NCBI GenBank assembly: GCA_002697535.1
Contig: NZWE01000016.1
Location: 56,440-77,172, forward strand
Source: Actinomycetota bacterium
Lineage (GTDB): Bacteria > Margulisbacteria > Marinamargulisbacteria > GCA-2716485 > GCA-002719695
Direction of reading: 5' to 3'
DNA: 20,733 bases
Positions 7,485 to 15,703 of the stretch are shown here, piece by piece (positions within the stretch are counted from its first letter, which is position 1; the number at the start of each line of letters is the position of its first letter). A program made the position numbers and the translations under genes. Under the pieces are notes generated by a model. The model was not told the DNA's origin. It searched no databases and was given only the letters and a program-made list of their open reading frames with translations.

Positions 7485-8462
7485 ATGAAAAAAATAATAC
7501 TAATAAGCCTTTTAATAGGTTTATCAACATCTGTATTTGCAGATAATCTATCAAAAAGCCGTGTTGATTCACATGGACCAATCAGTTTAATGGCTGACCA
7601 TAATCATAACAAAAATGAAATAATGACATCGTATCGATTTATGAGTATGGCTATGGATGGAAATATTCAAGGTAATAACGATATTACAACAACAGCTATT
7701 ACGGGTGGAAGTTATATGATGGCTCCTGAAACAATGTCTATGAGCATGCATATGATAGGAATGATGTATGGAGTTAGCAACCACACAACATTAATGATGA
7801 TGACAAGTTATCAAGAAAAAGAAATGTCGATGATTAATAGAATGAATCAAACATCAAGCTCTAAAACAAATGGACTATCAGACCTAAAACTATCGGCTTT
7901 ACAAACTATTTTAAAATCAGATAAACAATCATGGATAGCCAATATCGGACTAAGCCTACCCATTGGATCAATCGATGAAGCAAATAGTGGATCTAGACTA
8001 CCATATGCCATGCAGCTTGGATCAGGAACCACAGATTTCATGTTAGGAACTACATACATAGGCTATACAAAGTATCTATCATATGGATCACAGATAGCTA
8101 GTGTTATTCGAACAGGAAAAAATAAAAACCAGTATCGATTAGGTAATAACCTATCCTTATCAACATGGGTTGCAAAAGCAATAAATAGTAACTTGAGCCT
8201 GTCAGCAAGACTAACACGGTCAACACAATCTGATATAACAGGAAGTGATACAACATTAACTATGATGTCACCAACCACATCAACAAATACGGGAAATATA
8301 TCCTATACAGCAAGTATTGGTAGTAATATACAGTTTACAAAAAAGCCATTAGCAGGCGCCCGATTAGCATTTGAAATTTCAAAACCTGTATTACAACATG
8401 CTAAAGGTATCCAAATGAAGAAAGACTATAACTACACAGTAGGGTACCAACAACTATTCTAA
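7485..8462 (+). CDS. Outer-membrane beta-barrel protein with Met/His-rich N-terminal half (MetA-pathway/'transporter'-like or CopB-like)
   Basis: Strong SD (AGGAGA, 7 nt upstream of the ATG). Signal peptide MKKIILISLLIGLSTSVFA/DN. The motif HGPISLMADHNHNKNEIMTSYRFMSMAMDGN resembles the conserved N-terminal motif I recall for PF13557-type outer-membrane 'transporter' proteins. Alternating beta-strand pattern and C-terminal ...YQQLF. Confidence 0.72.
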   Translation: MKKIILISLLIGLSTSVFADNLSKSRVDSHGPISLMADHNHNKNEIMTSYRFMSMAMDGNIQGNNDITTTAITGGSYMMAPETMSMSMHMIGMMYGVSNHTTLMMMTSYQEKEMSMINRMNQTSSSKTNGLSDLKLSALQTILKSDKQSWIANIGLSLPIGSIDEANSGSRLPYAMQLGSGTTDFMLGTTYIGYTKYLSYGSQIASVIRTGKNKNQYRLGNNLSLSTWVAKAINSNLSLSARLTRSTQSDITGSDTTLTMMSPTTSTNTGNISYTASIGSNIQFTKKPLAGARLAFEISKPVLQHAKGIQMKKDYNYTVGYQQLF

Positions 8463-8487
8463 ACGTAGCATAATCAGACAGATTGTT

Positions 8488-8518
8488 AAAAAGCACCTAA
8501 ATATTTAGGTGCTTTTTT
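8488..8518 (+). terminator. Rho-independent terminator after the outer-membrane barrel gene
   Basis: A perfect 10-bp stem, agcacctaaa (8492-8501) / tttaggtgct (8504-8513), followed by a T-run to 8518. The preceding A-run could extend the stem or allow bidirectional use. Confidence 0.78.
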
Positions 8519-8527
8519 AATTAAAAA

Positions 8528-8555
8528 TTGATTTCAAAAAAAAATGTTATAGAAT
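8528..8555 (+). promoter_or_regulatory. Candidate sigma70-type promoter (TTGATT-16 nt-TAGAAT) upstream of the small ORF/pst operon
   Basis: TTGATT at 8528-8533 and TAGAAT at 8550-8555. It lies just after a terminator and 33 nt upstream of an SD-preceded ATG. Confidence 0.35.
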
Positions 8556-8587
8556 AGTTATGTATTTTATTTTTAAAGGAGCTTGAA

Positions 8588-8770
8588 ATGAAATTTTATA
8601 ATGTTAAATTAAAAAAATCCTTAGATATTAATGAAAATGAAATCGAAATAATTACATTAAGTAATGGAAGACCTGCCGCAAAAGCAGAAATTATAATTGA
8701 TGGTGAAAACCATAAACTATTTAAAATATTATCTAAAACAGAAGCAGAAAAAAACCAAAAGCAAAAATAA
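8588..8770 (+). CDS. Hypothetical 60-aa protein at the head of the pst operon
   Basis: Good SD (AAGGAG, 7 nt upstream of the ATG) and a position directly after a terminator plus promoter-like hexamers. No family recognised. The overlapping antisense ORF 8596-8913 looks like AT-rich frame noise. Confidence 0.5.
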   Translation: MKFYNVKLKKSLDINENEIEIITLSNGRPAAKAEIIIDGENHKLFKILSKTEAEKNQKQK

Positions 8771-8871
8771 TAACAATAGTTTATAAAAACTAAAAAAATA
8801 TTTTTATACCCCCTATCAAAAACGGTAAAAAAAAATAGTATTAAAGAAATTAAAAACCTAGTAATATATCC

Positions 8872-9768
8872 ATGAAAATTATGATAAATCTTACGACCCA
8901 TAAAAAAAATCAACTTTTCATCAAAACTCTAAAAGGAGCAGGGTATTTAACCCTCATAATCTTAACGTTATTTTTATTTACCCTTATATTCAATTCTTTT
9001 TTATCATTAAAAACAATTTCATTATCATTTTTATTTAATACTAATTGGCAACCAAATACAGGTAATTTTGGAGCAGCTCCCTTTATAATAGGAACCTTAT
9101 TCACATCTATTTTAGCGCTCTTAATTTCTATCCCTTTTTCATTATCAATTTCAATCTATATTGGATATTTTTTAAAAAACAAAAAAAGAAAAAACACATT
9201 AGAAACACTCATGGATTTATTAGCAGGAATTCCTTCTGTAATTTATGGTTTTTGGGGTTTAATGGTCTTAGTCCCCATAATTATTAAACTTCAAACAACA
9301 CTAGGCATAATCCCATATGGGGTAGGAATATTAGCGGCATCGCTAATATTATCTCTAATGATAATTCCATATTCTGTTACGTTAGGAAAAGATGTTATTA
9401 ATTTAGTCCCGACTGATTTAGTAGAAGCCGCCATTGGTTTAGGAGCAACACCCTATGAAGTCATTAAACATATTGCCATTCCATATAGCCTTTCTGGATT
9501 GTTTGCTGGTCATTTAATGGCATTTGGAAGAGCTATTAGTGAAACAATGGCTGTAACAATGGTTATCGGAAATAGAAATTTTATTCCAAAATCAATTATG
9601 GACCCAGCAAATACATTAGCCAGCGTCATTGCAAACGAATTTGGAGAAGCATCAGCCCCCCTACATATATCAAGTTTAATTGAACTTGGATTAATTTTAT
9701 TAATTATAACAACCATTATCAATATTATTGGCAAAATAATAGTAAAGGCATATACCATTGAAACTTAA
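8872..9768 (+). CDS. pstC: Phosphate ABC transporter permease PstC
   Basis: Multi-TM permease. Motifs FGAAPFIIGTL, LAGIPSVIYGFWGL and the EAA loop VEAAIGLGATPYEVIKHIAIPYSLSGLFAG. Followed by pstA, pstB and phoU. Confidence 0.9.
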   Translation: MKIMINLTTHKKNQLFIKTLKGAGYLTLIILTLFLFTLIFNSFLSLKTISLSFLFNTNWQPNTGNFGAAPFIIGTLFTSILALLISIPFSLSISIYIGYFLKNKKRKNTLETLMDLLAGIPSVIYGFWGLMVLVPIIIKLQTTLGIIPYGVGILAASLILSLMIIPYSVTLGKDVINLVPTDLVEAAIGLGATPYEVIKHIAIPYSLSGLFAGHLMAFGRAISETMAVTMVIGNRNFIPKSIMDPANTLASVIANEFGEASAPLHISSLIELGLILLIITTIINIIGKIIVKAYTIET

Positions 9769-10594
9769 TAAAACTAACTTAGAAAAAAGACTTCTAAAAA
9801 ACAAAATATTTTATGAAACCATAAAAATATTTTCATACGCCTTACTCATCCCATTAGCTTTAATATTATTTTATATCATTAAAAATGGCATAGCATACCT
9901 AAACTTAGACTTTTTCATTAAAATGCCAGCCCCAGTTGGAGAAACTGGAGGAGGCGCATTAAGTGCAATTATTGGAAGTTTTTTAATTGTAGGACTATCA
10001 GGACTAATCGCTATTCCATTAGGTATGCTAATTGGCGTATTTTTAGCAGAATTTAAAGAACATAAAATAAATAATCTAACACGCCTCGCTGTCGAAACAT
10101 TACAAGGAATACCATCCATTATTTATGGAATTGTTGCTTACGCTTGGTTTGTAATGCCATTTGGAAAATTTTCAGGAATTTCGGCAAGTATCGCGTTAGC
10201 GTTAATGATGTTACCTATGGTAGCCAAAGCAACTGAAGAAAGTTTAAAAATGATCCCCTACACGCTAAAAGAAGCATCCTATGCATTAGGCGCAAACTAT
10301 TATACAACCATTAAAAAAGTAATCTTACCAAGTTGCCAAAAAGGAATTACATCCGGTGTATTAATCGGTATATCAAGAATATTAGGCGAAACAGCACCTT
10401 TATTATTCACTGCATTTGGAAATGCATTTTTAAATTTTAATATGGCAAAACCAATTAACGCATTACCCTTATTAATTTATAATTACGCATCCAGCCCTTA
10501 CCAAGAATGGCATCAAATCGCCTGGGCTTCATCATTGTTTTTAATAATAATTGTGTTAGGATTAAGTATCATCTCAAAAAATGTAATAAAATGA
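9758..10594 (+). CDS. pstA: Phosphate ABC transporter permease PstA
   Basis: Motifs ETGGGALSAIIGS, LQGIPSIIYG and the EAA loop KEASYALGANYYTTIKKVILP. The TTG start at 9758 overlaps the pstC stop (9766-9768). The stop overlaps the pstB ATG (ATGA at 10591-10594). Confidence 0.88.
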   Translation: MKLNKTNLEKRLLKNKIFYETIKIFSYALLIPLALILFYIIKNGIAYLNLDFFIKMPAPVGETGGGALSAIIGSFLIVGLSGLIAIPLGMLIGVFLAEFKEHKINNLTRLAVETLQGIPSIIYGIVAYAWFVMPFGKFSGISASIALALMMLPMVAKATEESLKMIPYTLKEASYALGANYYTTIKKVILPSCQKGITSGVLIGISRILGETAPLLFTAFGNAFLNFNMAKPINALPLLIYNYASSPYQEWHQIAWASSLFLIIIVLGLSIISKNVIK

Positions 10595-11352
10595 CAAACG
10601 AAACAATATTAAGCATAGAAAAATTAAATATTTCAGTCAAAAAAAATAAAATAATTAAAAACTTGTCATTATCATTTTATAAAAATAAAGTAACTGCCAT
10701 TATGGGGCCATCTGGATGTGGAAAAACAACATTAATAAGATCATTAAACAGAATGCATGATCTTGATAAAAGTTTTAAAGTTAAAGGAAACATATCATTT
10801 GGTAATACAAACTTATTAAAAGCAGACCCTATTCTAGTTCGCCAGCAAATAGGAATGGTATTTCAACGCCCTAATCCATTTCCAAATATGAGCATTTACG
10901 AAAACGTACTAGCTGGCTATATATTAAATGGAATCAAATTATCAAAAGAAGAAAAAGATAATATTGTTGATATAAACTTAAAAAAGGTAGGTCTATACGA
11001 CGAAGTTTCCGATAATATTCATAGAAAAGGAAGTCATTTATCGGGAGGTCAACAACAAAGACTTTGTATTGCCAGAACATTAGCTATGAAACCAAAAGTA
11101 TTACTCTTAGATGAACCAACATCTGCACTAGATCCAAAAGCAACAACACGAATAGAAAATTTGATTAACGAACTAAAAAATGAAGTATCTATTATTATGG
11201 TGACACACAACATTGAACAAGCATCACGCGTATCAGACTACACTGCCTTTCTTTATCTAGGGGATCTCATCGAGTACGACACAACAGAAACAATTTTTAC
11301 AGTTCCTAAAGATAAAAGAACAGAAGAATATTTAAGTAGAAAATATGGATAA
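10591..11352 (+). CDS. pstB: Phosphate ABC transporter ATP-binding protein PstB
   Basis: Walker A GPSGCGKTT, the PstB-typical FQRPNPFP, signature LSGGQQQRL and Walker B LLLDEPTSALD. The ATG at 10591 is preferred over the 10507 extension, which lies inside pstA. Confidence 0.95.
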   Translation: MTNETILSIEKLNISVKKNKIIKNLSLSFYKNKVTAIMGPSGCGKTTLIRSLNRMHDLDKSFKVKGNISFGNTNLLKADPILVRQQIGMVFQRPNPFPNMSIYENVLAGYILNGIKLSKEEKDNIVDINLKKVGLYDEVSDNIHRKGSHLSGGQQQRLCIARTLAMKPKVLLLDEPTSALDPKATTRIENLINELKNEVSIIMVTHNIEQASRVSDYTAFLYLGDLIEYDTTETIFTVPKDKRTEEYLSRKYG

Positions 11353-11362
11353 GGAGATACTT

Positions 11363-12019
11363 ATGACTACAAATTTAGAAGCATCAATCAACGAACTAAA
11401 AACATCATTTCAAAACATATCATCACTGGTCATTGATAATGTTAAACTGGCATCCGAAACATTAATCAAACAAGAAAAACAAGATATTAATACAGTAAAA
11501 GAAAATGATAATGAAATTGATAAAAAAGAAATTTTATTAGAAGAAACCTGTATACAAATCATCGCCATGCATCAACCCAAAGGACAAACATTACGTTTTA
11601 TTATAGCTATGCTAAAAGTTAATAACGATTTAGAACGAATTAGTGATTTAGCAGTTAATATGGCAAAATCAGTCAAAACATTAAGTGAATATAAAGAAGA
11701 AAACTTATTTTTCTTACATGAAATGATTACAAAAGTCTTAGCCATGCTAGAAGGCTCCATTCAAGCGCTATTGGACTTAAACACCAAGCAAGCAATACGA
11801 ATCTGTGCCTTAGATGAAGAAGTAGACACGTTAAAACATAAACAAAGAAAAGAAATTTTAGAAATAATAAATAAAAAACCAAAAATCACAGAATACCTCT
11901 TAGATATCATTATCAATGGAAGACGCTTAGAAAGAATTGCTGATTTATGTACAAATATAGCCGAAGATATTATTTATATCAAAGAAGGCGAAATCATTAG
12001 ACATCGTAAATGGGATTAG
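11363..12019 (+). CDS. phoU: Phosphate-signalling regulator PhoU
   Basis: Two PhoU repeats (NNDLERISDLAVNMA and GRRLERIADLCTNIAEDIIY). The ATG at 11363 is preceded by AAGGAGA. The ATG at 11345 is an in-frame alternative. Confidence 0.9.
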   Translation: MTTNLEASINELKTSFQNISSLVIDNVKLASETLIKQEKQDINTVKENDNEIDKKEILLEETCIQIIAMHQPKGQTLRFIIAMLKVNNDLERISDLAVNMAKSVKTLSEYKEENLFFLHEMITKVLAMLEGSIQALLDLNTKQAIRICALDEEVDTLKHKQRKEILEIINKKPKITEYLLDIIINGRRLERIADLCTNIAEDIIYIKEGEIIRHRKWD

Positions 12020-12028
12020 TATCTATTA

Positions 12029-12490
12029 ATGAACTATATAATAGATGCCTACAATTTAATTGGAAAGCTAACCAAAGTATCACTCGCCGATAAAAATAAA
12101 GAAGAAAAACTAATTCAACTTTTAAGTAATTTCAATAAAAAAAAGAAAGATTATTTCATACTTGTTTTTGATGGAAAAAACAAAGAAACACCATACCAGT
12201 CTCAGCAAGATTTAGATCAAATAAAAATTATTTTCACCGATATTTTAGAAAGTGCTGATGAATATATATTACGTCTGATACAAACCTTACCGCATAAAGA
12301 AAACTATACCGTTATATCATCTGACAATGAAATTAAATATAAAAGCAAAAAAAACAAATTAACATGTATTAATTCCGAATCATTTTTTAGATATCTATCG
12401 AGTCAGAAACAAAATACAGAAACAAAAAAAACTTTAGTTAAAAAGTTAGAAATGGACTATTGGTTAAATGAATTCAATAAAAAAAAATAA
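12029..12490 (+). CDS. YacP/Rae1-like NYN-domain (PIN-like) putative ribonuclease
   Basis: By eye it aligns with B. subtilis YacP/Rae1: NYIIDAYNLIG (DGYN), FILVFDG (VVFDA), IIFTDILESADEYI (VIFT..ETADERI), VISSDNE (VATSD). It starts 9 nt after the phoU stop. Confidence 0.78.
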   Translation: MNYIIDAYNLIGKLTKVSLADKNKEEKLIQLLSNFNKKKKDYFILVFDGKNKETPYQSQQDLDQIKIIFTDILESADEYILRLIQTLPHKENYTVISSDNEIKYKSKKNKLTCINSESFFRYLSSQKQNTETKKTLVKKLEMDYWLNEFNKKK

Positions 12491-12558
12491 AAAGTAATTT
12501 TAATTTTAAAAAATTATAAGTTACTATATGTTTTAATCATCACAAAAAGGGAGAAAAA

Positions 12559-13842
12559 ATGTCTAATCACTTAGAAACACTATCACTTCATGAAGGACAA
12601 ACTGTCGATCCAACAACAGGATCAAGAGCCGTTCCCATCTACCAAACAACTAGTTATGTTTTTAATAACACAGAACATGCAGCCAATTTATTTGGTTTAA
12701 AAGAGTTTGGAAATATTTATACAAGAATTATGAATCCCACAACAGATGTTTTAGAAAAAAGAGTTACTAGTATGGAAGGGGGAACATCTGGCGTATGTAC
12801 AGCTAGCGGTATGTCCGCTATATTTCTCGGGATTATCACAACATTATCAGCTGGTGATCACTTAATAACATCCTCATCATTATATGGAGGAACTGACACC
12901 TTATTTCGACACACGTTACCTAAAATGGGAATAAGCGTCGATTTTGTTGAAGATTTAACAGCAGAAAAACTAAAAGCAGCGATTAAAGAAAATACAAAAC
13001 TAGTTTTTTTTGAAACCATTGGCAATCCAAAAGGCGATGTCTTAGACATCAAGGCAATATGTGATGAAGCACATAATCATAATTTACCCGTCATGGTAGA
13101 TAATACGTTTGCACCTGGACTATGTAAACCAATCGAACATGGTGTCAATATTGTAGTACATTCATTAACAAAATGGATAGGAGGGCATGGTACTAGTATA
13201 GGAGGAATCTTAATTGACGGAGGTAATTTTGATTGGGGTAATGGAAACTTTCCAGAATTTACAGATCCTGATCCACGCTATCACGGTTTAGAACTATGGA
13301 ATACATTTGGAAACTTCCCGGAAGCTGGCAATATAGCATTTGCAATTAAAGCAAGAGTACAAGGGTTACGAAATATAGGAATGAGTTTAAGCCCAAATAA
13401 TGCGTTCCATTTTTTACAAGGAATGGAAACACTTCCTTTAAGAATGGAAAAACATATTAGTAACGCCATTACATTATCAGAATGGTTAAAAAACCACCCA
13501 AAAATAGAATGGGTCAATCATACAGCATTTCAGGATCATCCAAGTCATGAAAGATGCAAAAAATATTTAAATAACCAATTTCCAACAGTATTCACATTTG
13601 GAGTTAAAGGGGGGTATGAAGCAGGAAAATCATTTATAGAAAATGTAAAACTAGCTAGTCATCTTGCTAATGTAGGTGATGCAAAAACGCTTGTTATTCA
13701 CCCATCATCAACAACACACTCCCAACTTGGAGAAAAAGACCAGTTATCTGCTGGAGTAACACCTGATATGGTCAGAGTTTCTGTCGGGTTAGAACATATA
13801 GATGATATCAAAAAGGATTTTGAAAACGCTCTTAACGCATAA
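12559..13842 (+). CDS. metY: O-acetylhomoserine sulfhydrylase (Cys/Met-metabolism PLP enzyme)
   Basis: SD GGGAGA. Motifs YTRIMNPTTDVLEKRV..MEGG, the PLP-lysine context VVHSLTKWIGGHGT, and HPSSTTHSQL near the C-terminus. Confidence 0.9.
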   Translation: MSNHLETLSLHEGQTVDPTTGSRAVPIYQTTSYVFNNTEHAANLFGLKEFGNIYTRIMNPTTDVLEKRVTSMEGGTSGVCTASGMSAIFLGIITTLSAGDHLITSSSLYGGTDTLFRHTLPKMGISVDFVEDLTAEKLKAAIKENTKLVFFETIGNPKGDVLDIKAICDEAHNHNLPVMVDNTFAPGLCKPIEHGVNIVVHSLTKWIGGHGTSIGGILIDGGNFDWGNGNFPEFTDPDPRYHGLELWNTFGNFPEAGNIAFAIKARVQGLRNIGMSLSPNNAFHFLQGMETLPLRMEKHISNAITLSEWLKNHPKIEWVNHTAFQDHPSHERCKKYLNNQFPTVFTFGVKGGYEAGKSFIENVKLASHLANVGDAKTLVIHPSSTTHSQLGEKDQLSAGVTPDMVRVSVGLEHIDDIKKDFENALNA

Positions 13843-13853
13843 AATCAACATCT

Positions 13854-13882
13854 CTTAAGGAGCTTTTTATAAGCTCCTTAAG
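13854..13882. terminator. 12-bp perfect hairpin between convergent metY and ccsA (probable bidirectional terminator)
   Basis: cttaaggagctt (13854-13865) / aagctccttaag (13871-13882) with loop tttat. It abuts the ccsA stop codon (13883-13885). The flanks are T-rich on the + side (ctattctttt). Confidence 0.7.
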
Positions 13883-15703
13883 CTATTCTTTTACTTTAAT
13901 AAAATTAAAACCAATAACAACAATAAATAACTGTGTAGCAATATATAACATAAGCCACTGAAAGGCTTCATTCATAAAGCCATAGGAGTGAAGACCAACA
14001 CCTAACATGTTAACTCCAAACCAAGAAAAAGCAGTTACAATATTACCTAAAACAGCTAATAACATAACACCACGAATATATACCAACCCCGCTAAACGAG
14101 CATGTAAAATAATAGCGTTAAAAATTACAATTAATAAAGCGCCATTTTCTTTGGGATCCCATCCCCAAAATCGGCCCCAAGATTGATCCGCCCAAATACC
14201 ACCTAAAACAGTACCTATAAAACTAAAAAATAAACTAAAACAAATAATGGCATAAACCATTTTATATAATTGCAAATTTTGCTTATGATCACCTTTATTA
14301 AAACAATTAATAAATACATAACACGTTGCAATCATTCCGGCTAAAAAAGTGCCCCCATAACCTAAAGTAATCGTAATAACATGAGTACTAAGCCAGAAAT
14401 TAGAATCTAATACAGCCTGCATCTGTTCCATCGTATCCGATTGTAACGCTAAATGATGAGCAATAATCAAGGTAATAAAACCTAAAATAGAACTAATAAA
14501 ATAACCTAATTTATTTTTAAAAAATCGTTCTTGAAGTAAACACAGTCCAATAGCCGCCCAACCAACAAAAACAGCAGATGAATACAAATTAATAACAGGA
14601 GGGCGATCCAAAATAACCATCCTAGCAATTAAGCTAATCGTATGAACCCCAAATGCAAACAAACATAAATATTTGGCCAAACGATAAATTAAGACACGAT
14701 CCAGCAAATAATATAAAAGCATTAAACATAAAACAACTACATACAAAACCATACTAAGATAAAAAGGATTAATCATTGTAAAATAATATTCCAAAGTAAC
14801 AATTTTAGAATAACGTGTCATTGATTCACTAAAATAAGAAGTAAGCGATTTTAACGTACCATTAAACAATTCATAATTAGAATTCATAAAATATAACGTT
14901 AAATGTGCATAATCTAATAAAACAGGATTAGCTTGATAATTAAAGTCTAAATGTTTTAATAATTCACTTCCTGTATTAGACCATTTTTCTAAATTTTCAG
15001 GTTCATCCTGATTCGGATAAAAATATAAACGAGATAGATCACTAAATTGCCTATGTCGTTTAAAATCCTGATTAAATTCCAACAAATGTAACTGATCCGT
15101 TTTAGTTGAAAGTCCCCCAGTTGTATTATAAGCAGTAAATAATTCTAACCCTCGTGAAACACGCTTATGATAAGCCGTAACATAATCATAAAAAACAAGA
15201 TCATTATAAGGAATAAAGCTATGAAGCAAGGAAATAAATAAAGACAATTTACCTGCTAATTGTCTTATATTTTGTTCATAAACAGAAAGATTTTCAGTTT
15301 GATCTAATGCTATAGATTTAGATTGAATTTGCAAAATAAACGGTTCTAACTCAGAATATGAAAAATGTTTTTTAGAATCATCTAACTTAAATTCATGACG
15401 AATATCTAGATCATGAATCAAAAATAACGGATCTTGTTTAGATTGCTCAGAATGACAAAGCACTTCCCATAACCATAAAGAAGCTGAAATGGATTGCGAT
15501 TTTCCATCAATAACACGTTTAATAGTCGATTTTTCACGAATAGAAATCAATACTTGCCTAGCAAAAGACTCAAAGGGCTGTAAACGTCCTTTATATAAAA
15601 CCGGTAATTTACCTAATGAAGTAGTATCATAATCCGTATCTGCATACGAAGCACTCAGAAACAAAGCAATAAAGAAAAAAATAACCAGCAGTCGTTTTAT
15701 CAT
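13883..15703 (-). CDS. ccsA: System II cytochrome c biogenesis protein CcsA/ResC (long form with N-terminal periplasmic domain)
   Basis: Signal peptide, then about 290 aa soluble, then TM helices. Tryptophan-rich WWD motif WADQSWGRFWGWDPKENGAL and flanking conserved His residues (HHLALQ, STHVI, LHARL, GLHSYG). The ATG overlaps the ccsB stop (ATGA at 15700-15703). Confidence 0.88.
   Translation of the reverse strand: MIKRLLVIFFFIALFLSASYADTDYDTTSLGKLPVLYKGRLQPFESFARQVLISIREKSTIKRVIDGKSQSISASLWLWEVLCHSEQSKQDPLFLIHDLDIRHEFKLDDSKKHFSYSELEPFILQIQSKSIALDQTENLSVYEQNIRQLAGKLSLFISLLHSFIPYNDLVFYDYVTAYHKRVSRGLELFTAYNTTGGLSTKTDQLHLLEFNQDFKRHRQFSDLSRLYFYPNQDEPENLEKWSNTGSELLKHLDFNYQANPVLLDYAHLTLYFMNSNYELFNGTLKSLTSYFSESMTRYSKIVTLEYYFTMINPFYLSMVLYVVVLCLMLLYYLLDRVLIYRLAKYLCLFAFGVHTISLIARMVILDRPPVINLYSSAVFVGWAAIGLCLLQERFFKNKLGYFISSILGFITLIIAHHLALQSDTMEQMQAVLDSNFWLSTHVITITLGYGGTFLAGMIATCYVFINCFNKGDHKQNLQLYKMVYAIICFSLFFSFIGTVLGGIWADQSWGRFWGWDPKENGALLIVIFNAIILHARLAGLVYIRGVMLLAVLGNIVTAFSWFGVNMLGVGLHSYGFMNEAFQWLMLYIATQLFIVVIGFNFIKVKE

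Noticed and set aside
7587-8278. Antisense ORFs 7587-7784, 7847-8059, 8063-8278 within the outer-membrane barrel gene
   Set aside because: The sense frame has a signal peptide, SD, beta-barrel pattern and C-terminal Phe. The antisense ORFs have none of these supporting features.
8588-8770. Possible CsrA-like identity of the 60-aa ORF (similar length, loose resemblance of NENEIEIITLSNGRPAAKAEI to the CsrA beta-strands)
   Set aside because: The CsrA hallmarks (GxxG-type turn, the APKxVxVHRxE segment) are absent and the resemblance is within chance for a short sequence.
8596-10119. ORFs 8596-8913(-), 8910-9104(-), 9510-9758(-), 9871-10119(-)
   Set aside because: They are antisense to the small SD-led ORF and to pstC/pstA. 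Their Phe/Ile-rich translations mirror the Lys/Asn-rich sense strand, and no start signals are present.
10507-10590. Upstream extension of pstB to 10507 (similarly HU to 6646 and phoU to 11345)
   Set aside because: The extensions lie inside the preceding gene or the divergent gene start and have no counterpart in the protein families. The internal ATGs at 10591, 6724 and 11363 give canonical N-termini, with ATGA coupling for pstB and AAGGAGA for phoU.
12491-12558. SAM riboswitch or T-box leader upstream of metY
   Set aside because: The intergenic region is only 68 nt, AT-rich, and has no conserved helices. It is too short for either element.
11572-13517. ORFs 11572-11760(-), 12858-13052(-), 13281-13517(-)
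   Set aside because: They are antisense to phoU and metY, both of which have unambiguous family motifs.
14804-15703. The ~290-aa N-terminal periplasmic extension of CcsA as a novelty
   Set aside because: Long-form CcsA proteins with an N-terminal periplasmic domain carrying a ...GR.QPF.SFAR...-type motif are, to my recollection, common in several phyla that use System II. It is probably family-typical.
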